Origin: an uncultured Planctomycetota bacterium
GTDB lineage: Bacteria > Planctomycetota > PLA2 > JAEUHO01
Assembly: GCA_963752285.1 (NCBI GenBank)
Contig: CAVVXN010000002.1
Span: 128,001 to 192,000 of the forward strand
Direction of reading: 5' to 3'
DNA: 64,000 nt
Both the position numbers and the translations under genes were made by a program. This document shows, piece by piece, positions 47,947-57,449 of the stretch. The notes below the pieces were generated by a model. It was not told the DNA's origin. It saw only the letters and a program-made list of their open reading frames with translations, and searched no databases. Each line of letters begins with the position of its first letter. Positions within the stretch are counted from its first letter, which is position 1.

Positions 47947-50016
47947 CTAGAGGAGGTCGAGCAGGGCCGCCACGACCTCGTTCGACGCGAGGTACTGGAC
48001 GGTCCAGCGCGTCTCGGCGAAGGTCGGATGGACCTCCTCGTCTCCGAGCAGGCCGAGGGCCGCGCAGGCCATCGTCCGGTTGAGGTTCGGCTCGTCCTCG
48101 CTCTCGAGGACCTCGATCAGGGGCTTTGCGGCGCGTCCGTCGCCGATCCGTCCCAGGGTGATCGCGATCTGGCCCTTCGTCGCCTGGAGCGGCGTGTGCC
48201 GGAGCTCGCCGATCAGGAGCGCGAGGGTCTCCTCCCGACGGTCGGCCTCGCCGCCGCCGAGCAGACCGAGCGCCGTCGCGGCGCGCATCTGGAGCACGGC
48301 GGAGCGCGGGTCGCGGACCGCCTGGGTGATCGCGTCGATCACCTCGCGGCGTCCGTCGTCCATGAGGCCGAGACCCAACGCGGCGTACGCGCGGAGCTCG
48401 GGCGGACGGTCGGCGTCGGTCAGCCGTGCGAGGAGACGCGACGCGCTGTTCCCGTCGCGCGCGAGCCCGAGCGCCGTCGCGTACGCGGAGAGCGCGACAG
48501 GGTCGCCGGCCTCGCGGTCCCACGCGTCCCGGATGGCGTCGAGCGCCTGGCGCCGAAACGCGTGCCACGCGGCCGTGCGGACCTCGCCGCCCACGGCGCG
48601 CGCGGCGAGGGCCAGCGCGAGCGCCGCGAAGGGCCGCTCCTCCACGCCGCCCTTTTGCAGCGCTGCGAAGAGCGGTCGGTCGGCGTGGCGGTCCACGAGC
48701 AGGTACTCGCCGTCGTGATCGGCCTCCGAGGCGAGCAGCCGGCCCAGCGCGAGCAGGAGGAGGCGACGGCCCGCGGGCTCCTGCTCCTTCGCCAACGCGT
48801 TCACCACCGCGCGGCACAGGAGCCCGCGCGCCGCCGGCTGGCGCTCGCCGAGGCGCGCGGCCGCCATCGCGGCCGCCTGCCCGAAGAGCGCGGGCTCGTT
48901 CCGGGCCAGGAGCGCGGTCGTGACGGCCGGCACGTTCGTCGTGTCGCCCAACTCGGCCAGCGCGAGGAGCGCGTGCGCCCGGACGACGGGCGAGCGCGCG
49001 TTCGGCCAGTCGCGGCCGCGGAGCGCGCACCCTTCGAGCACGAGGCGCACGATGCGCGACGAGAACGCCGGGTCCGTCCGAGCGAGGCCGAGGAGGATTC
49101 CCACCTGCACGTCGTCCGGCAGGTCGTTCGCCGTCCAGGTCTCGAAGAGGCGCGCCACGGTGTGGGGCCCGACCTGGGGATCGGTCGCCGGCTGGTCGGC
49201 GAGGAGGGCGAGGGCCAGCGCCGCGTACGCGCGCGTCGTCGGTCGTTCGCTCTCGCGCCCGAGGACGTCGAGTAGCGTGTCGCGCACGCGGTCGAGGACG
49301 TGCGGCGGCAGGCGGTGGGCGGGGTCGGTGCGTCTCAGGTTCGCGAGGCCGAGCGCCGCCGACTCGCGGAGGTAGGCAGAGACGCCGGACCGCGGCGCGA
49401 GCGCCGCGAGGTGCGGGGCGACGTCGGAAGCCCCGACCGCCATCTTGCCGAGCGCGACGTACGCCGCGGCCTTCGTGTAGAGCCAGTGCTCGTCGGTGTC
49501 CCGGAGCACGCCCTCGAGCGCGCGGAGCACCTCGCGGCGCACGCCGGGCGCGAGCTGCTGCTCGGGCTGTCCGACGTGCGGGCCCAGGGCGTTTCCCACG
49601 CCGAAGACGGGGCTCGTGTCGGTGAGGAGACTCCGCATGCGGATGTCCTCGTAGAGCTCGCGATTCGCCTCGTACCAGTGGACCCACGACGCCGCGCCCG
49701 TCGTGCCCGTGACCCCGCCCCTGGGGATCGCGCGCCGTCCCGTGGAGCCCGGCGGCAACGTCGAGGGGGTGGGCGGCGGCGTAGGGGTCGGGGGCGCCTG
49801 CGGCTCGGCCTCGGGCGGCGTGGGCCTCGCGGGCGCCGCGGGCTCGGGCTCCGTCGGCGTCGCGGGCGCCGGCGTGGCCCCGCGGGCGCTGCCCCCGGAC
49901 CCACCGGTCGCGGAACGACCTCCCCGCGCTTCGGCGTCCGTCGCCGAGAGGAGCGGCAGGAGCGCCAGGAGCGAGGCCGCCAGGAGAAGGACGAAGAGAC
50001 GAGGACGCCGCGGCAT
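47947..50016 (-). CDS. Exported HEAT-repeat protein
   Basis: AGGAGG RBS, signal peptide, Pro/Thr linker, R.YAALALGL HEAT repeats. Confidence 0.8.
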   Translation of the reverse strand: MPRRPRLFVLLLAASLLALLPLLSATDAEARGGRSATGGSGGSARGATPAPATPTEPEPAAPARPTPPEAEPQAPPTPTPPPTPSTLPPGSTGRRAIPRGGVTGTTGAASWVHWYEANRELYEDIRMRSLLTDTSPVFGVGNALGPHVGQPEQQLAPGVRREVLRALEGVLRDTDEHWLYTKAAAYVALGKMAVGASDVAPHLAALAPRSGVSAYLRESAALGLANLRRTDPAHRLPPHVLDRVRDTLLDVLGRESERPTTRAYAALALALLADQPATDPQVGPHTVARLFETWTANDLPDDVQVGILLGLARTDPAFSSRIVRLVLEGCALRGRDWPNARSPVVRAHALLALAELGDTTNVPAVTTALLARNEPALFGQAAAMAAARLGERQPAARGLLCRAVVNALAKEQEPAGRRLLLLALGRLLASEADHDGEYLLVDRHADRPLFAALQKGGVEERPFAALALALAARAVGGEVRTAAWHAFRRQALDAIRDAWDREAGDPVALSAYATALGLARDGNSASRLLARLTDADRPPELRAYAALGLGLMDDGRREVIDAITQAVRDPRSAVLQMRAATALGLLGGGEADRREETLALLIGELRHTPLQATKGQIAITLGRIGDGRAAKPLIEVLESEDEPNLNRTMACAALGLLGDEEVHPTFAETRWTVQYLASNEVVAALLDLL

Positions 50017-50061
50017 CGCGGTCCTCCTTTCCGGGCGAAGACCGCGCCCGCTTCGTGAGAG

Positions 50062-50077
50062 ATCAAAGCGCGTGCCA
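50062..50077 (-). promoter_or_regulatory. Putative sigma54 promoter
   Basis: TGGCACG-CGCT-TTGAT, ~45 nt upstream of the HEAT gene start. Confidence 0.55.
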
Positions 50078-50290
50078 GGGCGACCCACCGCCCGCGCGCG
50101 GGAAGAAGTCGCCGTCCGTCGCGGTCCTCGTCCCATGCGCCGCCCCGCGGGTGGTCACCGCGTGACCGTGCGCGTCACGGAAACGCAACGCCCCGTGGAC
50201 GCGACGACCTATTTCGATGGGACGCGCGGGCGCGGCCGGGGTCGCGTTCGGGAATCGGTACCAACGGGCCGTGGCCCGCGCGCGCCTCCC

Positions 50291-51676
50291 TCAGGCGCCG
50301 TCGCGGTCCCGCGACAGGAGCCGCTCCGCGACCCCCGTGGCCTTCGCGATGCAGTCGGGGACCGAGATCCCGCCGAGCACGTTGCCGTCCAGCACGAGCC
50401 CCGGGCATCGCGCCTCGATCCGCGACGCGAGGTCCAGGACGCGTCCGTGCCCGAGCTCGTACTGCGGGATCGCGCTCGGCCAGCGGCGGATCGCGACCGC
50501 GACGGGGCGGCGCCGGAGCCCGAGCGCGCGGTCGAGGTCCGCGAGGGCGCGGTCGAGGAGCGCGGCCTCCTGGAGGACGACCGCGTCCGGGTCGGTGCGT
50601 CCACCGAGGAACGTCGCGAGGGCCACGTGTCCCTCGGGGGCGCGCCGCGGAAAGATCGACGAGCAGAAGAGGCAGCCGAGGACCCGGAGCCCTTCGCCCC
50701 GCGGCGCGAGGAAGCCGAAGCCGTCGAGCGCGTGTCGCACGTCCTCGCGCCGGAAGCCCAGGGCCAGCAGCGCGACGGGCGCGTAGGGGAGGTCTTGGAG
50801 CGGCGTGAGGTCGAGCGCGGGCCCGGCGTCGGTCTCCGAGGCGAGGGGCGCGAGCATGCGGGCGGCGGCGTCGGCGGGCACCGCGAGCACCACGCGGCGC
50901 GCCGCGACGTCGCCGCTGGCGGTCGTCACCGCGAACCCGTCCGCGGCGCGCCGGACGGCCTGCGCGGCGGTCCCGAGCCGGACGTCGGAGAGACGCTCGG
51001 CGAGCCGATCGGGGAGCGAGGCGAGGCCCGCCTCGAACGTGAACATCTTCCCGCCGGGCTGCGGGCCCTTCCGTCTCGCGACCGCGCCGCGGATCAGACT
51101 CCCGTGCTCCTGCTCGAGCCGATAGAGCTTCGCGACCGCGTGACGCATCGAGAGACGCTCGGGGTCGCCGGCGTACACGCCCGACACGAAGGGGCCCACC
51201 GCGACGTCGAGCACCTCCCGGCCGAGCCGGCGGCGCACGAACGCGCCGACGGTCTCCTCCTCGTCCGGCGACGCGCGGCGCACGAACGGCTCGCGGGCGA
51301 TGCGCCACTTTGCGGCGCTCGTGAAGAGGGACGTCCGGAGGAACGAGACGGGACCGCTCGGGAGCGCGACCAGCCGGCCGCGGCGGTAGACGAATCGGCG
51401 TTTCGCCAGGGGCGACGCCTCGAGGCGCACCGGCTCGAGCCCGACGTCCCGGATCAGGTCGCCGACGGCGGCGCGGCTCTCGAGAACGGTGTTCGGTCCC
51501 AGCTCGAACCGAAACCCGTCCTCGTGCCGCGACGTGATGGCGCCGCCGACGCGATCGGACGCCTCCAGGAGGGCGACCCGTGCGCCGCCCCGCTCCAGGC
51601 GAAACGCGGCCGTCAAGCCGGAGATGCCGCCTCCGACGACGAGGGCGTCGAGCGAATCGGTACGAGCGCGGTCCAT
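50291..51676 (-). CDS. hemG: Protoporphyrinogen/coproporphyrinogen oxidase (HemY/HemG family)
   Basis: VVGGGISGLTAA, RVGG, FELGPNT, SGVYAGDP, GFGFL.P, AIPQY.LGH. Confidence 0.92.
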   Translation of the reverse strand: MDRARTDSLDALVVGGGISGLTAAFRLERGGARVALLEASDRVGGAITSRHEDGFRFELGPNTVLESRAAVGDLIRDVGLEPVRLEASPLAKRRFVYRRGRLVALPSGPVSFLRTSLFTSAAKWRIAREPFVRRASPDEEETVGAFVRRRLGREVLDVAVGPFVSGVYAGDPERLSMRHAVAKLYRLEQEHGSLIRGAVARRKGPQPGGKMFTFEAGLASLPDRLAERLSDVRLGTAAQAVRRAADGFAVTTASGDVAARRVVLAVPADAAARMLAPLASETDAGPALDLTPLQDLPYAPVALLALGFRREDVRHALDGFGFLAPRGEGLRVLGCLFCSSIFPRRAPEGHVALATFLGGRTDPDAVVLQEAALLDRALADLDRALGLRRRPVAVAIRRWPSAIPQYELGHGRVLDLASRIEARCPGLVLDGNVLGGISVPDCIAKATGVAERLLSRDRDGA

Positions 51677-51735
51677 GATCGAATCCGAGGCCTTCGGGCG
51701 CCGAGGGTATCCTGAGAAGGTTGGAGGAACCGACC

Positions 51736-53718
51736 ATGCGGCGTCTCGCGATCGTTCTCTCGGCGGCGGCGTTGCTGTCGTGCGGCGGAGGGAGCCACGC
51801 GACCACGGTCACGCCCCCCGGCCTCGCGCCCCTCCTCGCGGCCGGCCCCGTCCGCCTCGACCCCTCGGCGTCCGTGGCGAGCGTGAAGCCCGACGTGGAC
51901 CTCGGCGCCCTCGGCATCACCACGGTCGCGGCCGCGTACGACCTGACGACGCCGGCCGGCGAGCCCTTCGCGCTCGACGTGATCTGTCGCAGCCCGGGCA
52001 ACGCGGGCTACGCGCGCGTCTCGTGGGTCCACGCCGCGTCCGGGGGCGCCTCGCCCGAGTCGGAGTCCGACCCGCGCGAGCGCGCGCCCGTCACGATCGA
52101 GGCCCGCGGCCGCACCACGCGCGGTCCCTGGACCGACGCGGTGGGGGACGGTTTCGCGCGTCTCAGCGTGCGGGGCCAGGTGAACGTCGATCACGTCTTC
52201 GCCGCGCAGGCGGACGTCGGGAACGGGCCCGCGACGGTCCTGATCCGCGTGCGCATCGGACCGCCTTCGCCCATCAACGCCGCCGCCGCCCCGGGCACCG
52301 ACCACCCCGGCGTGCTCGAGGAGGCGACGCTCTACTCGAGCGACTCGTGGGGCTTCGGGCTCCCGGCCATCGCGACGTCGGGCGACAAGACGAGCGTCGT
52401 CTGCTACGAGGGCGACCGCACGGACCCCGCGATCTGGACCCGCTACGAGATGCGTCTCCAGTACGACCGGGTGTCGGGCGAGGTCACGGGCGGGGGGAGC
52501 GACGAGACCAGTCCCGACTCGGGGAACTGGCGCGACCACGAGGTGGCGGCCCTCTACAACGTGCTCGCGCGCGCGCACGGAGGCTCCGACGCGGTCGCCC
52601 TCGCGATCTCGTACGACCGCGGCGCGACGTTCGCGCAGACGGAGACCTTCCCGAGCCCCGGGACCGCCTGGCGGCCCCGGCTCGTGCAGGTCGCGATCGC
52701 GCTCGACTACTCGCTCGCCCTCCTCTACTGGCGGTCCAACGTGGACGGCACGACCGACCTCGTCCTGGTCGAGGGCGCGCCGTCGGCCTACGACCCGCAG
52801 AACCCCGGTTCGCCCAGCGCGTACCGCTTCGACCCCGCGGTGGTGCTGCATCACGTGGGCGGCGACGTGACGCCCGCGCTCATGGGCGCGACGTGGTCCG
52901 TGGGCGGCGACCTCGTGATCGGGTTCGCGTACACGTCGTTCACGAGCCGGCCCGACTTCACCTGGCAGAACCGGACCGACACGCACGTGCTCGTGCGGCC
53001 GTGGGGCGGCGCCGTGCGCGACACCCTGGTCGAGGAGGACGTGGTGGTCGGGAAGGACCCGAGCGTCGCGGTGGTCGGAGAGGGCGACACCCTCCGGGTG
53101 TTCCTCGCGTACGAGGCGCGGGACGGCGTTCGCGTCGCCGTGAGCGACGACGCCGGCCGCACGTTCTCCACGCCGGTGTCGCTCGGCGACCCCTCGGCGA
53201 ACGCGCCGACGATCTTCGCCCGCGAGAAGGACGCCGCGACCGTCGTGGACGTGCTGTATCTGGCGCAGGCGCCCGAAGGCCTGGAGCTCCACGTGGCGCA
53301 CTGGGACGACGGGGTCACGGGCGCGATCGAGACCTGGCGGCTGACGCGCGCGAAGAGGGACGACGCGGGCCTGCTCCCGCCCGACCGTCCGCTCCCCGGC
53401 GCGCCAACCGGCGCGCTGCCTCCGGCGTACGGCTACCGACAGACCCAGATCGCGTGGCTCGGCTACGACGCGACCGAGGACGACGACGGCCACCTGGTCG
53501 TGGTCTACGACGAGGAGACCTGGGAGGACCTGGTGATGGTCTACGACGTCGGCATGCCCCCGATGCCGCCCATGATGGGGGCGGGGGGGATGCCGAGCGC
53601 CGCGGACCCCCGCTTCGTCCCCGTGGACCCGCCGCCGCTCGCGCCGGGCATGACCATGCAAATGCCCCCGCCCGACGGCGCCCAGATGCACCAGCTTCGC
53701 TGGATCCGGCTGGAGTGA
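51736..53718 (+). CDS. Lipoprotein with BNR/Asp-box motifs (sialidase-like propeller)
   Basis: GGAGG RBS; LLSC lipobox; SYDRGATF and SDDAGRTF Asp-boxes. Confidence 0.75.
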   Translation: MRRLAIVLSAAALLSCGGGSHATTVTPPGLAPLLAAGPVRLDPSASVASVKPDVDLGALGITTVAAAYDLTTPAGEPFALDVICRSPGNAGYARVSWVHAASGGASPESESDPRERAPVTIEARGRTTRGPWTDAVGDGFARLSVRGQVNVDHVFAAQADVGNGPATVLIRVRIGPPSPINAAAAPGTDHPGVLEEATLYSSDSWGFGLPAIATSGDKTSVVCYEGDRTDPAIWTRYEMRLQYDRVSGEVTGGGSDETSPDSGNWRDHEVAALYNVLARAHGGSDAVALAISYDRGATFAQTETFPSPGTAWRPRLVQVAIALDYSLALLYWRSNVDGTTDLVLVEGAPSAYDPQNPGSPSAYRFDPAVVLHHVGGDVTPALMGATWSVGGDLVIGFAYTSFTSRPDFTWQNRTDTHVLVRPWGGAVRDTLVEEDVVVGKDPSVAVVGEGDTLRVFLAYEARDGVRVAVSDDAGRTFSTPVSLGDPSANAPTIFAREKDAATVVDVLYLAQAPEGLELHVAHWDDGVTGAIETWRLTRAKRDDAGLLPPDRPLPGAPTGALPPAYGYRQTQIAWLGYDATEDDDGHLVVVYDEETWEDLVMVYDVGMPPMPPMMGAGGMPSAADPRFVPVDPPPLAPGMTMQMPPPDGAQMHQLRWIRLE

Positions 53719-53742
53719 GGGGCGTGGCCTCGGAGCGGGCCC

Positions 53743-54639
53743 CTACGGGATCAGGTAGCTCGTCACCACCAGCGCGGCGAAGGCCGTCGTGACCGCGAGC
53801 TGGTGGACTCCGATCCGGCGGGGCATCGCCGGCGGGGTCGGGTGGCGCGCCACGAGCGTGGCGTCGGCCAGCGGGAGAAGTGTCGCCCACGCCGCGCCCC
53901 ACGGCACCAGGTCGAGGGCGGCGAGCGCGGCGGTGCCGAAGAGCGCCGCGGCGTCCACGAGGAGGGCCGGCCGGGCGAGCGCGAGGGCGCCGGGCGGGGC
54001 CCTCTCCCCGCGTGCGCGGCGCGGGTCGAGACGCCGCTGCGCGAGGCGCAGGTACACCGTCTGGATCGCCCCCGCCGAGTGGCTCGCGCCGATCCACCAG
54101 AGCGCCCAGGGCTCGGGATACCGGGTCCCGCCGGCGACCCAGTACGCCGCCGGCGCCCAGAGCGCGAGCACGGCGGCGCCGAGCATCTCGACGAGACGCT
54201 GTCGCCGCTCGCCCGCGCGGGCCACGAGCGCCAGGTGCCAGGCGAACACCAAGCCGCCCGGGAGGGCGAGCCCGAGGAACCGCCGGTGCCCCTCGAGGAC
54301 CAGCGCGACCACGGCCACGAGCGCGAGGACCCCGTACGTCGAGGCCGCGACGAGGGCGGGACCGAGCTCGGCGCGCGCGCGGCGGCCCGCGAGGACCCGG
54401 ACCAGGGTGGTCGCGGGCTGGTGGAGGAGGAAGGTCGCGAGCGCCGCCCCGACGAGGAACGCGACGTCCGGAGGTGCGCGCCCCGCCGCGGCGAGCCCGA
54501 CGGCGACCGGGAGGATCCACCAGGCCCAGGCGCCGTGCGCCTGCGGCACCCACACGTGACGGCGCGCCCAGCGGCGGGGTCGCGGCGGCGTGCGCGCGCC
54601 CAGACGCGGCACGCGGGGTTCGTCGGCCCGCGCCGTCAC
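53743..54639 (-). CDS. YwiC-like membrane protein
   Basis: WVPQAHGAWAW motif; multiple TM helices. Confidence 0.75.
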   Translation of the reverse strand: MTARADEPRVPRLGARTPPRPRRWARRHVWVPQAHGAWAWWILPVAVGLAAAGRAPPDVAFLVGAALATFLLHQPATTLVRVLAGRRARAELGPALVAASTYGVLALVAVVALVLEGHRRFLGLALPGGLVFAWHLALVARAGERRQRLVEMLGAAVLALWAPAAYWVAGGTRYPEPWALWWIGASHSAGAIQTVYLRLAQRRLDPRRARGERAPPGALALARPALLVDAAALFGTAALAALDLVPWGAAWATLLPLADATLVARHPTPPAMPRRIGVHQLAVTTAFAALVVTSYLIP

Positions 54640-54641
54640 CT

Positions 54642-55675
54642 TCAGGGCGTCGCGGGAACCGGGTTGTAGCGCTGGATGTAGGTCTCGACGTCGCGCACGT
54701 TCTCGACCGAGCCCGCGAAGAAGGGAACGCGCTGGTGGAGGTCGGTCGGGACGAGGTCCAGGATGTCGCCGCGCCCCGTGCTCGCTGCGCCGCCCGCCTG
54801 CTCCATCACGTACGCGATCGGCGCGCACTCGTAGATCAGGCGCAGCTTCCCGCGTGGCTTCTGCGGGTCCTTGCGGTCCTTCGGGTACATGAAGATGCCG
54901 CCGTAGAGGAGCGTGCGGTGGACGTCGGCGACCATCGACCCCACGTACCGCGCGGAGTACGGACGGTCGGTCGCCGGGTCCTTCTCCTTGATGTGGTTCA
55001 CGTACCGGCGGATGCCCTCGGACCAGTACGGGTAGTTGCCCTCGTTGACCGAGTAGATGCGCCCGCGGGGGGGATCTTGATGTCGGGATGCGAGAGCAGG
55101 AACTCGCCGACCGACGGGTCGAGCGTGAAGCCGCTGACCCCCTTGCCCGTGCTCATCACGAGCATCGTCGCGCTGCCGTAGAGCACGTAGCCCGCGGCGA
55201 CGATGCGGCGTCCCGGCTGGAGCAGGTCCTCGATGGCGCCCACCTGGCCGGGGCTGATCTTTCGGTGGACCGCGAAGATCGTCCCGATGCTGACGTTCGC
55301 GTCGATGTTCGACGATCCGTCGAGCGGGTCGAACGCGACCGCGTAGGGCCCGTGGCCGTACGGCTCGGGGATGGGCACGACGTCCTCGATCTCCTCGGAC
55401 GCCATGAGGCAGAAGTGCCCGGAGTGGCGAAACGTGTGCACGAACACGTCGTTCGCGTACTCGTCGAGCTTCTTGACCTTCTCGCCCTGGACGTTCGTCT
55501 CGCCCGTGAAGCCGAGCAGCTCGACGAGCCCCGCCTTCGAGACCTCGCGCGAGACGATCTTCGCCGCGAACGCGATGTCGCGGAGGATGCCCGAGAGCTC
55601 GCCGCGCGCTTCCGGGTGCTCGCGTTCCTGCTCGAAGATGTGGCGCGTGAGGGTCACGCCGTACCGGGCGTCCAT
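54642..55675 (-). CDS. fbp: Fructose-1,6-bisphosphatase class I; frameshift at the G7 run 55067-55073
   Basis: NVQGEKVKKLD, SEE, FDPLDGSSNID; second frame IYSVNEGNY, RYVGSMVADVHRTL, GKLRLIYEC. Confidence 0.93.
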
Positions 55676-55766
55676 GACGATCTCCCGTCCTGGAGGAGGG
55701 GGCGAACCCGTCTCCCGGCCAGAGCCGGGAGTATAGCCGTCAGCGGTCGTGAGGGACGCGGCCACC

Positions 55767-56849
55767 CTAGAGCAGCGCTCGCAGGCGGTCCGCCACTTCG
55801 TCCGGCGAGGGCACGATCCCTCCGGCCGTGCCGTGGAACACGATCTCGCGCCGGCCCTCCGCGGCGAGACGGACGTCTTCCAGCATCTGTCCCATGTTCA
55901 TCTCGACGCAGAGAACCTTCGCCTTCTCGGGAAGGGCGTCGATCGCGCTTCGGAGCGCGGCGTACGGATACGGGTTCACGGTGATCGGACGGAACAACGC
56001 GACGCGTCCGCCGTCCGCGCGGATCTCGTCGATCGCCGTCTTCGCGATGCGCGCCATCGTCCCGAACGCGACGACGAGCGCGTCGTAGCCGTCCTCGGCT
56101 CCGTACAGCTCGTGACGGACCTCGTTTCGCGCGACCTCGTCGTACTTCGCCTTGAGCCGGTGGTTGTGTCGGTTCAGCTCCTCCGGGTCGAGGAAGAGCG
56201 ACGTCACGATGCGCCGCGGGCGCCCCTCGGCGCCCGTGAGGGCCCACCCGTCGTCCTTCATGGCCGGACCGCGTCCCTCGACCGGGAACGTGACGGGCTC
56301 CATCATCTGCCCGATCATTCCGTCCGCGACGATCATCACGGGGTTCCGGTAGCGCTCGGCGAGCTCGAACGCGAGGAACATGAGGTCCACCGCCTCCTGG
56401 ACCGACGACGGCGCCAGCACGATCAGGCGGTAGTCCCCGTGCCCGTGGCCCTTCGTCGCCTGCCAGTAGTCGCCCTGCGCCGGCAGGATCCCGCCGAGTC
56501 CGGGGCCTGCGCGCATGATGTTGATGAGTACGCACGGCAGCTCGCACGCCGCGATGTACGAGAGCCCCTCGGCCATGAGCGCGATGCCGGGCGAAGAGGA
56601 CGAGGTCATGCACTTCACGCCCGTCCCCGCGGCGCCGTAGATCATGTTGATCGCCGCGATCTCGCTCTCGGCCTGCACGAAGGTGCCGCCCACCTCGGGC
56701 AGGCGCTTCACGAGGTACTCGGGCACCTCGGTCTGCGGCGTGATCGGATAGCCGAAGAAGTGCACGCATCCCGCGCGGATCGCCGCCTCGCCGAGCGCCT
56801 CGTTGCCCTTCATCAGCACCGGCGCGGCCACCTCGGTCACGGTCGTCAT
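55767..56849 (-). CDS. vorB: 2-oxoacid:ferredoxin oxidoreductase alpha subunit (VorB-like)
   Basis: MKGNEA, FFGYPITPQTE, QAESE, SSSPG, GHGHGDY, EMNMGQM. Confidence 0.88.
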   Translation of the reverse strand: MTTVTEVAAPVLMKGNEALGEAAIRAGCVHFFGYPITPQTEVPEYLVKRLPEVGGTFVQAESEIAAINMIYGAAGTGVKCMTSSSSPGIALMAEGLSYIAACELPCVLINIMRAGPGLGGILPAQGDYWQATKGHGHGDYRLIVLAPSSVQEAVDLMFLAFELAERYRNPVMIVADGMIGQMMEPVTFPVEGRGPAMKDDGWALTGAEGRPRRIVTSLFLDPEELNRHNHRLKAKYDEVARNEVRHELYGAEDGYDALVVAFGTMARIAKTAIDEIRADGGRVALFRPITVNPYPYAALRSAIDALPEKAKVLCVEMNMGQMLEDVRLAAEGRREIVFHGTAGGIVPSPDEVADRLRALL

Positions 56850-57433
56850 CTCGAGTCTCCGCGGGACGCGCCCTCGGGCGTCTCCCGTACCTTCTCGCGA
56901 CCCGCCTCGAGGCCCTTGCGGAAGGCCTCCACGTTGGCGGGCACGAACTTCTCCTTGCCGCCCTCGAACTCCTCGGCGATGGATCGCTCGATCGCCTCGG
57001 GCGGGACCACCTCGGTGGCGCCGACGTACGCCCCGAGCATCACGAAGTTCGCGGCCCGGTCGGTCCCGGCGTCGGCCGCGAGGCGGCGCGCGTCGATGCC
57101 GATCACCACGCAGTCGGGGCGCTCGGCGTCCTTCCCGACGAGAGACGTGTTCACGACGATCACGCCGCCCGGCTTGACCTTCGGCGCGAACTTCTCGAGC
57201 GACGGCAGGTTCATCACGAGCAGGGCGTGCGGGTTCGTGACCAGGGGGCTGCCGATCGGCTTGTCCGAGAGGCAGACCGTCACGTTCGCGGTGCCGCCGC
57301 GCATCTCGGGGCCGTACGAGGGCAGCCACGACACGTACAGGTCCGCGGCCATCGCCGCGTGGGCGAGAACCTTGCCGGCGAGCAGCATGCCCTGCCCGCC
57401 GAACCCGGCCATCAGGACGTCGGTACCCATCAT
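56846..57433 (-). CDS. 2-oxoacid:ferredoxin oxidoreductase gamma subunit
   Basis: AGFGGQG, PSYGPEMRGGTA, N.VMLGA. Confidence 0.9.
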   Translation of the reverse strand: MMGTDVLMAGFGGQGMLLAGKVLAHAAMAADLYVSWLPSYGPEMRGGTANVTVCLSDKPIGSPLVTNPHALLVMNLPSLEKFAPKVKPGGVIVVNTSLVGKDAERPDCVVIGIDARRLAADAGTDRAANFVMLGAYVGATEVVPPEAIERSIAEEFEGGKEKFVPANVEAFRKGLEAGREKVRETPEGASRGDSR

Positions 57434-57449
57434 CGTCCCCTCCTCGGCG

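Noticed and set aside
45712..49275. Very long antisense or alternate-frame ORFs here and throughout the window
   Set aside because: Arg/Pro/Gly-rich shadows of real genes, expected at this GC content; no recognisable motifs.
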